Origin: Deltaproteobacteria bacterium
GTDB taxonomy: Bacteria; Desulfobacterota; Dissulfuribacteria; Dissulfuribacterales; QOAL01
Reading direction: 5' to 3'
Length of the DNA stretch: 64,000 bases
Assembly: GCA_024275145.1 (NCBI GenBank)
Contig: JAJRZR010000111.1
Span: 7,466-71,465 of the forward strand
Below the pieces are notes generated by a model that was given only the letters and a program-made list of their open reading frames with translations, had not been told where the DNA came from and ran no database searches. Shown here piece by piece: positions 18,705 to 26,304 of the stretch. The position numbers and the translations under genes were made by a program. Within the stretch, counting starts at the first letter, position 1; the number at the start of each line of letters is the position of its first letter.

Positions 18705-20185
18705 TTTTCCATTGTGTACGAACAGCCTTCCTGGTACTTTGCCCCAGTCTTCGGTTGTTTTTTTCTGATACGTCCAGGAAGTCCCTTGTGCCAGGCATGG
18801 TATCTGTCTTCATCGGCTACCGCCTCGGCCCTTTCTGCCATATGTTCGGATGTGAGCCATCTGCCATCCCATGTCAGGCCTGACAGAAGCTCCCTAGCCA
18901 GCTCATCCCCGTTCTCGTACAGCCGTTCCACCTGGTAACCCTCTTCCTTCATTCTATCGAGGAGGTGCTTGACGCTCGTGAAGCTGTCAAGACCTGCTGC
19001 GCAACCGATCCGGTCGTTTCTGGGAGGATAGTTGTGAAAGACTATAGCCACCCTTTTTTCGTGGTTGCCGAGGTGCCTGAGCCTTGCCCAATTGAGGGCT
19101 ATCGAAACCATCTTCTCCACCCTGTCGGGGATGGGCACATTCCTGGCGAGAAGTGCACCGGTCAAAGGGTCTGTTTCGTCCTGCTCTCTGGAGGCCACCG
19201 GTACGGTGATCAGTGCCCCATCGAACTCGGGCTGTGCTGCAGAATAGGAGACATCCATTACGGATACACCCTGTATGTTTTCCTCCCAATACTTCCTGGT
19301 GTTCATCATGGTCATCGCCTGGATAAAGGGCACGTCGAGCCCCTGTAATATCTTCTTATACTCCGGTGCGGCAATGGTAAGGGAGAACATCATCGGGTTT
19401 ATGAGCACATCTATCCTTGGGCGTTCGCCATCCATGAAAAAGTGGCTGGCTATATAGTCTGCCCCATGGTTCCCAAGCACATTGTCCTTCCATCTATGGT
19501 GAAAGACCGGAATTACGTTTGCGCCTCTACGTTCGATCTCACGTATTATGGCATCTATGTATGAAAGATTGCCGTTTACCCAGTAGGACTGGTAAAACCA
19601 TAGTCCTGCTGTCACCCTTCCAGGTTTGACCCTCTGTGTCAGATACTCATAGAGACATGGAATGCCCGGAATGTCAGGGTGATAAATACCTTCATTTGGC
19701 AGCGGAGTCGGTGCTTCGGCCCTGTTTTTTTCCTCAAGGAGCAGGTTACGGAGGAACAGGAATAGGTTGTAAAAATTCAGGTGTCCGCCGTGGGTCAGGT
19801 AGGCGTTGATTGTATCCCACTGGGTAGTGCCAAAGGCATCTGAGAAGTCCCTTGCTGCACCAAGGCCGTCTTCGTCCCCGCCCGAGGCATATATGTGAAT
19901 GTACGGGGTCTTTTCACCCTTTCTACTTCTTTCATTCAGTTCATCCATTAGGATGTCGAAGGAAGGAAAGGATGCCTTGCCACCGTGTAATATTATCAAG
20001 ACTGCGTGGGCAGTTAGCGCATCCCTGACGAATGCCTTGACCTGCCTGTCAGAAGAAAGCTGCGTCTTTGTCCTTGCTCGTACCTCGACACAGCCTCCTT
20101 GTTCTCTAAACCTGCGCACCCCTGCGCTCAATGATGGGATTTCAGTTGCCGTGGCGCTGAAGTAAGAGATCCTCAGTGGCTTCAT
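18686..20185 (-). CDS. cobN: CobN-type chelatase, N-terminal ~475 aa fragment (leaves the CobN frame at an A7 run and terminates at 18686)
   Basis: ORF 18686..20293. I chose the start MKPLRISYFSATA at 20185, which forms an ATGA overlap with the upstream radical-SAM stop. N- plus C-fragments total about 1,260 aa, the usual CobN length. Confidence 0.8.
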   Translation of the reverse strand: MKPLRISYFSATATEIPSLSAGVRRFREQGGCVEVRARTKTQLSSDRQVKAFVRDALTAHAVLIILHGGKASFPSFDILMDELNERSRKGEKTPYIHIYASGGDEDGLGAARDFSDAFGTTQWDTINAYLTHGGHLNFYNLFLFLRNLLLEEKNRAEAPTPLPNEGIYHPDIPGIPCLYEYLTQRVKPGRVTAGLWFYQSYWVNGNLSYIDAIIREIERRGANVIPVFHHRWKDNVLGNHGADYIASHFFMDGERPRIDVLINPMMFSLTIAAPEYKKILQGLDVPFIQAMTMMNTRKYWEENIQGVSVMDVSYSAAQPEFDGALITVPVASREQDETDPLTGALLARNVPIPDRVEKMVSIALNWARLRHLGNHEKRVAIVFHNYPPRNDRIGCAAGLDSFTSVKHLLDRMKEEGYQVERLYENGDELARELLSGLTWDGRWLTSEHMAERAEAVADEDRYHAWHKGLPGRIRKKQPKTGAKYQEGCSYTMEKCCFQA

Positions 20186-21306
20186 CCCTGCCTCCTCTGT
20201 TCCGCTTCCCACAGGGCCTGATACATGACACACGTGAGCCCCTTGTGACCTCTGCCGTTGTAGTAGAGCCTGCTGGGACAGTCGCCAGGACAACGCCCTT
20301 CAAGGGGGCAGTACTCACACCAGATCCCCTTGGCCTCAAGACCGGTAAGTGATCTGCCGCTCAGGGTTTCTGGTTGTAGTTCATGCAGGTTTCCCAGATA
20401 AAAGTCCATGTCACCAGCGGTCTGAGAACACGGGAAAAGGGAGCCGTCAGGAAGGACAGCAAGGCTTTCACCAATGCAGGCATGGCAGTAAACGGCTGCC
20501 TTGGCCCGCGACGCCGGTCTTCTTATATTTTCAAGCTCCCGTAGGGTCAATGCCACGGAGCGTCTTTCGTTCACATATAACAGCGCATCATAGAGCCTTG
20601 ATATGCCGGCCTTGAGTGCCTGTTCATCCGGAGGGGCCACAGGTACCAGCGAGCCTTTTGCCCTTCCTTTGTTCACCAGTATGTCCAAGGCAAGTCCCCT
20701 GCAGGCAGGAAATGCCGAAAGCAGTAGCACGAGCTTGTCCAAAAATAGTACGTTATCCCTGGTAACCACAGCAGTAACCCTGAAGTCCATTCCAATTTCA
20801 TTCAATATTTTCATACAATATAGTGTATTATTAAAGTTTCCCCTTAAGAAATTGTGGACATCCTTTGGGCCATCGAGGCTTATTCCAATCTGTATGCCCA
20901 GTTCCCTGAATTTTTTGGCAGTATCAAGATCCATCATGGTCCCGTTGGTCTGCAAACCAATGGTGACGGGAAACCCTGCCTGCCTTATGACAAGGGCGAT
21001 CCAATGAACCAGCTCTATCTCCAGAAGGGGTTCTCCACCGCTGATCTGGACATGGAACGGTTTGCCGCAGGAGGAGGCGAGCAAGATGGCGCGCCAGGCG
21101 ATATCACGGCTCATGGCTGGTAGTCCCCGGGGATTACCTCGGTAGCAGTAGGAGCATTTCAGGTTGCAGGCATTGGTTACAAGCAATATGAGATACCTTG
21201 GTGGAGTCCGGTAAGGCGTCCCGGTATCCCTTAAGATCCGGGCATCATGTACAGGATTGGCCGTCGCCCTTTTGGCACGTTCAGACATTACATGGCGCAG
21301 ATTCAT
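20182..21306 (-). CDS. Radical SAM protein with a C-terminal SPASM domain (AhbD/NirJ/AslB-like architecture)
   Basis: CNLKCSYC (CxxxCxxC) radical-SAM cluster motif. The SPASM-type Cys pattern is YCHACIG...LPDGSLFPC...CEYCPLEGRCPGDC. Confidence 0.85.
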   Translation of the reverse strand: MNLRHVMSERAKRATANPVHDARILRDTGTPYRTPPRYLILLVTNACNLKCSYCYRGNPRGLPAMSRDIAWRAILLASSCGKPFHVQISGGEPLLEIELVHWIALVIRQAGFPVTIGLQTNGTMMDLDTAKKFRELGIQIGISLDGPKDVHNFLRGNFNNTLYCMKILNEIGMDFRVTAVVTRDNVLFLDKLVLLLSAFPACRGLALDILVNKGRAKGSLVPVAPPDEQALKAGISRLYDALLYVNERRSVALTLRELENIRRPASRAKAAVYCHACIGESLAVLPDGSLFPCSQTAGDMDFYLGNLHELQPETLSGRSLTGLEAKGIWCEYCPLEGRCPGDCPSRLYYNGRGHKGLTCVMYQALWEAEQRRQG

Positions 21307-21749
21307 CGGAGCACATCCTCCATTAAATCAAGAAGTTGCGGTATGCCTTGGCATACAGTTATCCTGGCCGCGTCCCTCCCAAAGCCCTTCCTCAATTCAT
21401 CGGCCGGCCTAAGAGAGAACACGGCGCACCCCATATTGAGTGCAGCCCTTACCAGTTCCAGGTTTGGCCGGTTCAGGGCGCCCGTTTTAAAACCCGAATC
21501 CACAAACACTGATGCCTGCCTTGCCAGTTCCAGTGCCCTGTTGACCTTTTCTTTGCCTATGACCTCCATGGGAGGGCATCCTGCAATACAGGCCCCAAGG
21601 GCTGAAGCCACATGATAGTCAAGGTCGTTTTCGTGGAGCACGCCGGTGGAGATGGAATAGCCACGCCTGACCAAGGACCTGAACAGCCCTGACCCTGAGG
21701 CCATCCCTGCTGCCACGAACACCTTTTTCCCGGTCCTATTTCCCGTCAT
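21303..21749 (-). CDS. Hypothetical 148-aa soluble protein (no family recognised)
   Basis: An ORF with plausible coding character, translationally coupled (ATGA) to the downstream radical-SAM gene. A Gly-rich N-terminus (KKVFVAAGMASGSG) hints at a nucleotide-binding-like fold. Confidence 0.55.
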   Translation of the reverse strand: MTGNRTGKKVFVAAGMASGSGLFRSLVRRGYSISTGVLHENDLDYHVASALGACIAGCPPMEVIGKEKVNRALELARQASVFVDSGFKTGALNRPNLELVRAALNMGCAVFSLRPADELRKGFGRDAARITVCQGIPQLLDLMEDVLR

Positions 21750-21791
21750 CTCAAGGCACCCGAGGGCAGGATCGAACCCGGCACCTGAAAG

Positions 21792-22523
21792 CTAGAAAAG
21801 ATGGGTAACGGTCTCTTTCTTGAGAAGTTCCTCAGGAGGCCCCCAACCCATGATGCCCCCATCCTTCACGAGCATCACCTGGTCGGATAACCTGGCAGCC
21901 AGGCCCACGTCGTGAAGTGATGCCACGACGGTGATGTCCCGCTCACGGCACAACCCCTGAAGGATTGCCATTACCTCCATGGAGTGCTTGAGATCAAGAT
22001 GCAGGGTGGGCTCGTCGAGGATGATGATGTCCGGTTCCTGGGCAAGCGCCCTGGCAATGAGCACCTTTTGTCTTTCACCATCGCTCAATGTCTCAAGGCG
22101 TCTGGTGGCAAGATCCCCTGCATGGACCATGGAAAGTGCCTCCAAGATTACCTTGCGGTCCGGTTCCGTAAGCCTTCCCATGAAATCCGTGTATGGATAC
22201 CGTCCAAGGGCCACAAACTCGAAGGCCGAAAAAAGTCCTGGCTGCACCTTGTCGGTAAGTACTATCGAGAGCAATCTGGCAAGCTCCTGGGAAGGAAACC
22301 CTTCAAGGGCCCTTTCCCTGAGCAGTATCACCCCTTTTATCGGAGGAAGCAGCCTGGCAAGGCTCCTCAACAAAGTGGTTTTCCCTGCCCCGTTGGGACC
22401 AAGAAGTGATATGAAACTGCCTCTGGGCAAGGCAAGATCTATATTGCTCAAGACACCCCTGATCCCGTATCCCACTTCGAGCCCTTTCGTTTCGATCGTA
22501 TAACTGCCTCTCTCCTGTCTCAC
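21792..22523 (-). CDS. Iron-complex/cobalamin-type ABC importer ATP-binding protein (BtuD/FepC-like)
   Basis: Walker A GPNGAGKTT, signature LSDGERQKV and Walker B IIILDEPT. It overlaps the permease gene by 4 nt. Confidence 0.9.
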   Translation of the reverse strand: MRQERGSYTIETKGLEVGYGIRGVLSNIDLALPRGSFISLLGPNGAGKTTLLRSLARLLPPIKGVILLRERALEGFPSQELARLLSIVLTDKVQPGLFSAFEFVALGRYPYTDFMGRLTEPDRKVILEALSMVHAGDLATRRLETLSDGERQKVLIARALAQEPDIIILDEPTLHLDLKHSMEVMAILQGLCRERDITVVASLHDVGLAARLSDQVMLVKDGGIMGWGPPEELLKKETVTHLF

Positions 22524-23548
22524 TCCATAACCCTCCGTCTGGTAAGAAGGCTTATGACTATAGGGGCGCCGAACAGGGCAGTTATCGCACTTATGGGAAG
22601 TTCTACAGGGGAGAATATGAGCCTTGCCGCCAGGTCACACAAGCTTGTCACGATCCCGCCGAGCAGGATGGTGGCTGGCACCAGGATACGGTTGTCTGAG
22701 GTTGCAAAACCCAGGCGTGCCATATGAGGTACTGCAAGCCCTATGAAGGCCACCGGTCCCGCCACTGCCGTCACCATGCCGGATAGGGAGCAGGCACAAA
22801 GGAGGATCAAGAAGCGCTGAATGCGTATGTTTACCCCCATGCTTGAGGCGTATGACTCTCCAAGAAGGAGGGCATTAAGGGATTTGCCAAGGGCTAGTGA
22901 GACAACGAGGAGCGCGCCTCCAAACAGGAGGAGCATCTTTATCTCGGACCATTTAAATCCGGAAAAGCTGCCGAGTTGCCACAGGACAAACCCTTTTATT
23001 TTCTCCTGTTCGGCAAACGCCACTAGGACGCTCGTGACTGCATGGCAAAGGTATCCCATCATGAGGCCGACGATCAGAAGCGTTATAGGGTTTTTCGTCT
23101 TCGAGGCAATGACCAGGATGATGGCAAGGACCCCGACCGCCCCTGCCAGGGCCGACAGGGTGGTAAGGAACGGGGTGAGGTGGGCGATGTTCAGGCTTAT
23201 GGAAGTGAGCATTACCAAAGAGACCATCAATATAGCCCCAGAGGATATACCCAGTATGAAGGGGCCGACTATCGGGTTCCTGAAAAAGACCTGGAGGAGA
23301 AGGCCTGAGACCGCAAGGCACGCACCTCCGAAGACAGCGGCAATGGTTCTAGGGATGCGGATGTTCCACACGATGAATCCATTGGTGCTTAATGTATCGT
23401 GTCCACTTATCATATGCATTAGGCTCGAGACCGGGATATCAATGGATCCTGACATGACGTTGACTGCCATACATGCAAGGAGGGCAACGAGGAGCAGTAT
23501 GAAGAGAAGAATGTGGCGCCTATTCTTTGGCAATACGTACCTATCCAT
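22520..23548 (-). CDS. FecCD-family ABC importer permease (BtuC-like)
   Basis: A 342-aa polytopic protein with typical FecCD features (RIPRTIAAVFGGACLAVSGLLLQ, GAPIVISLL). Confidence 0.9.
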   Translation of the reverse strand: MDRYVLPKNRRHILLFILLLVALLACMAVNVMSGSIDIPVSSLMHMISGHDTLSTNGFIVWNIRIPRTIAAVFGGACLAVSGLLLQVFFRNPIVGPFILGISSGAILMVSLVMLTSISLNIAHLTPFLTTLSALAGAVGVLAIILVIASKTKNPITLLIVGLMMGYLCHAVTSVLVAFAEQEKIKGFVLWQLGSFSGFKWSEIKMLLLFGGALLVVSLALGKSLNALLLGESYASSMGVNIRIQRFLILLCACSLSGMVTAVAGPVAFIGLAVPHMARLGFATSDNRILVPATILLGGIVTSLCDLAARLIFSPVELPISAITALFGAPIVISLLTRRRVME

Positions 23549-24671
23549 TATCCGTTGGGTCCTTGTCTGGAAGCTCTTTGAAAAATTTCAGGTGATATCC
23601 TGGGAAACGTTTAGGATTCAGTATCGCTGCCACTTCTTTTATGATTTCGTCCAACCTGTCTGCACTTTGTGCATAGGCTGGAAGCGGTGAATAGACCCTG
23701 CCCCTGGTCAGTGGGCCGATATCCTTCAGGAGGGGATTCGTCCTGGCCAAGGCCTCCTTTGATGTGGCCCCGGCCCCGGGGGTTTTGTACGTAAAGAGTA
23801 TGTCCGCCTTTTTCCCGCTGGAAAGAAACCTTTCCAGTGTTATCTCCATTCAGGAGGCCCCTGATATGTCCCTGAAGAGGTACTTTCCTCCGGCGAGCTG
23901 TATTATCTGTGCCGCCCATGAGTCTCCAGGTTCCACCATCACCCTTTTTTCGTATATGTCCCCCCATATCACCTTGGGAGGCCTTCCTGGAGAAAGATGC
24001 ATAGCACGAATCCGTGCTATAGCAGCCCGTAGCCTTGCCACATAACGCCCTGCGGCCTCTTCCCTTTGAAAGAAGAGGGCTAGGAACTGGACAAAACGCA
24101 TCCTGGTATCAAGATCCATGGCCTTGGCAGTGGATGTTATGACACCGGCCATGCCAAGTTCCTCGATCTTCGGTATGGCGGATTGATCCCAGGTGAATAC
24201 TACATCTGGTCTGATGGCCCTTAGCCTTTCGTAGTCCACGGCATTGGGTTCACCTACATAGGTGATCCGGCCATCCTTCATGCCTTGACTCACCTCCTCT
24301 ATGGTCCAGTCCTCCCTTTCCCTGGTAACACCGACTAGTGTGCTTTCAAGAACCCCTATGGCCTTGAGCAGGGACACCACATAACCTGAGTAGGCAACTA
24401 CCCGGCGGACCGGTATCTCTATGATCCGGTCTCCCTCATACCCTTTCGGTGGCCTCTGTCCCCTGGGAACCAAGAGCATGCGCCTCCCGGCACCATCACG
24501 GATTTCCTTGCACCCGTTTGGCAGACATGTGGCGGAAAATTCCCCGAGATCAAGGAAGTTGCGGGTAGCCTTGCGTTCCTTCATGCACCCTGGAAGGAAA
24601 ATGATGAAAAACAGTAGGAAGATGGTTGCTGTGTACCTATAGCCGGTTTTCAATGCTTGTTTACTGGGCAT
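23541..24671 (-). CDS. BtuF/FecB-type periplasmic substrate-binding lipoprotein, interrupted by an in-frame TGA at 23850..23852
   Basis: ORFs 23850..24764 and 23541..23849 are contiguous in one frame and separated only by TGA. The lipobox FLPGC follows MPSKQALKTGYRY (start chosen at 24671). Both halves look like one class-8 PBP (..AGGKYLFRDISGAS*MEITLERFLSSGKKADILF..). Confidence 0.7.
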
Positions 24672-24702
24672 AAGTGTTTTTTCCTGTAAGCCTGACGGTA
24701 TC

Positions 24703-25545
24703 TTATTTTCCTTCACCATGGTTCCTCGGGCCACGTGAAGGTTTGGACCCTTTGATAAATACACGAAATAGATAGAGTGCCAGCCCGATCGTGAAGAGCA
24801 GGGTGCCTGAAAAATAAAGGATCGTTCCCCTGTCCCTTTTCACTAGTAGCCGTACATATGGGGTGTCGTTCATGGAGGATCTGCTCTTCGGGCCAAAGTC
24901 CTCTAGATAAAAGCCAAGACCATTGAAGAAAAAGGGGGAGTTTATGCCGATTGCCCTGGCCACGGTTGTTTCGCCGGACTTTAGGCCGATGGTGAAATGG
25001 ACCGAGATGGTACGGCCATTGAGGTATTTCAGGCGGTTTCCCCGGTAGTAGTCTATGTCAGATGAAACGAGCTCCAGGTATATGTCAGTGCCGGGGATCC
25101 TGGTGCTTTCACCTTTGACTGCAATTACACTTGAGGCGTACCTGCCAGGGAATGTATAGCTTGCTAGAAGGCCAAAAAGTATGACTAACAATGCATAATG
25201 CATTATGTGTACGAATAGTTTCGATATGAGACCGGCACGATTTCGGTATATTCTGTAAAGAAAGAGGACCTTGGATGTTGTACATGTAAGGGTATTTACC
25301 GCTAGTATAAACAGGAGTACGAACAACAAGAATAACCACAAGGTCTTCCAGGGGTGGATGGCGGCATACGTGAAGCCCCAGCGTATGAGTCCAAGGTGGT
25401 TGAGTGGATTAAAGAGATCCTCGTTTTCCCTGAGGCAGAGATAGCCGGCTGCCAGATCCACAGTCACCAGGGACATCGTCAATACGGCAAGGGGGACGCC
25501 TTTCAGGACAGGCCATATCCTTTCAAGGGTTACAGCCATGGCCAC
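24703..25545 (-). CDS. ResB/Ccs1-like membrane protein (short, 280 aa)
   Basis: N-terminal transmembrane helices with the pattern LFLLFVLLFILAVNTLTCT typical of ResB, then a soluble segment and a C-terminal transmembrane helix. It overlaps the upstream CcsA-like gene. Confidence 0.6.
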   Translation of the reverse strand: MAMAVTLERIWPVLKGVPLAVLTMSLVTVDLAAGYLCLRENEDLFNPLNHLGLIRWGFTYAAIHPWKTLWLFLLFVLLFILAVNTLTCTTSKVLFLYRIYRNRAGLISKLFVHIMHYALLVILFGLLASYTFPGRYASSVIAVKGESTRIPGTDIYLELVSSDIDYYRGNRLKYLNGRTISVHFTIGLKSGETTVARAIGINSPFFFNGLGFYLEDFGPKSRSSMNDTPYVRLLVKRDRGTILYFSGTLLFTIGLALYLFRVFIKGSKPSRGPRNHGEGK

Positions 25546-26297
25546 CTCATCAGTCCGTTGATATCAGGCGGGGAAAAGGGGCCAAGGTTTGGATACCATT
25601 GGAAGAGCACGACAAGCCCCGCCCCCAAGACTGCGGCAAGTGCCCGTCTTCTCATACCCCATCCCCTCAGAAGATCGAGGTGAAGGTAGCAGCCATAATA
25701 AAACCAGGTGGACATGGACAGGGTTATCAGTGGATCGTCCCAGACCACGGGGCTTCCCCATCCCAGGTATGACCAGATTTCACCAGAGAAGATAGACAAT
25801 GTGTCCAGTGCAAAGCCCCATATGGCCCAATGGTTGAAGATGGGTCTAGTAGTGCCTCTGTCCTTAAGATAGGAAAGGGCCAGAAGGCCTGAAATTATGA
25901 AGCAGGCATCCGCCATGACGCCTGTGAGGAAGAAGATATGGGAAAATATGGTCCTTGATTTCCAAAATGGAAGGTAGAAGTCCTTGGGGAAGAATAGCGC
26001 TCCCAGTGACAGCAGGGCAAGGAGGCCTAGTAGCCAGCGGGATTCCTTTCCCTGGTAAAGGACCGATCCGCTAAGCAGGATTCCCACCAAGGACGGCAGG
26101 AAGAACGGCATCTGGTACATTGGTAAAAAGGGCCAGGAATGATAGTATCTGGCCGCATCCGATAGCAGGTTTGCCAGGATTGCCAATACGAAAAGCGGTA
26201 TGGAGGCCGCTGGAGCAGGTGACGGCATCATGGAGGTGCACCATGCCATGGTATACAGGATGGCAGCCATGGCAAACGGGGCATGCAGCGAAGGCAT
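25530..26297 (-). CDS. CcsA/ResC-like haem-handling protein (cytochrome c assembly family, WWD motif)
   Basis: Trp-rich motif GWGSPVVWDDPLITLSMSTWFYYGCYLHL. The protein is polytopic. I chose the start at ATG 26297, which has an AAGGA RBS, 7 nt after the receptor stop. The longer ORF would overlap the receptor by 86 nt. Confidence 0.75.
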   Translation of the reverse strand: MPSLHAPFAMAAILYTMAWCTSMMPSPAPAASIPLFVLAILANLLSDAARYYHSWPFLPMYQMPFFLPSLVGILLSGSVLYQGKESRWLLGLLALLSLGALFFPKDFYLPFWKSRTIFSHIFFLTGVMADACFIISGLLALSYLKDRGTTRPIFNHWAIWGFALDTLSIFSGEIWSYLGWGSPVVWDDPLITLSMSTWFYYGCYLHLDLLRGWGMRRRALAAVLGAGLVVLFQWYPNLGPFSPPDINGLMRWPWL

Positions 26298-26304
26298 CTT
26301 GTCC

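Noticed and set aside
21761-21800. A tRNA-like T-arm sequence on the minus strand (GCCGGGTTCGATCCTGCC) between the ABC ATPase gene and the 148-aa gene.
   Set aside because: The flanks of the GTTCGATCC loop do not form a 5-bp T-stem. No acceptor, D or anticodon arms can be built. The segment runs straight into the ATG of the 148-aa ORF. It looks like a chance resemblance.
22821-23690. A 289-aa plus-strand ORF antisense to the FecCD permease.
   Set aside because: It is a shadow ORF of a well-supported membrane-protein gene. It is Arg/Met/Thr-rich, has no domain signature, and no RBS was considered.
23850-23852. The idea that TGA is reassigned genome-wide (code 4 or 25) to explain the in-frame TGA in the BtuF-like gene.
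   Set aside because: Several well-supported genes in the window terminate at TGA at the expected C-terminal position. Examples are the MCP at 7242-7244 and the ATGA-coupled genes of the same operon. TGA therefore functions as a stop here.
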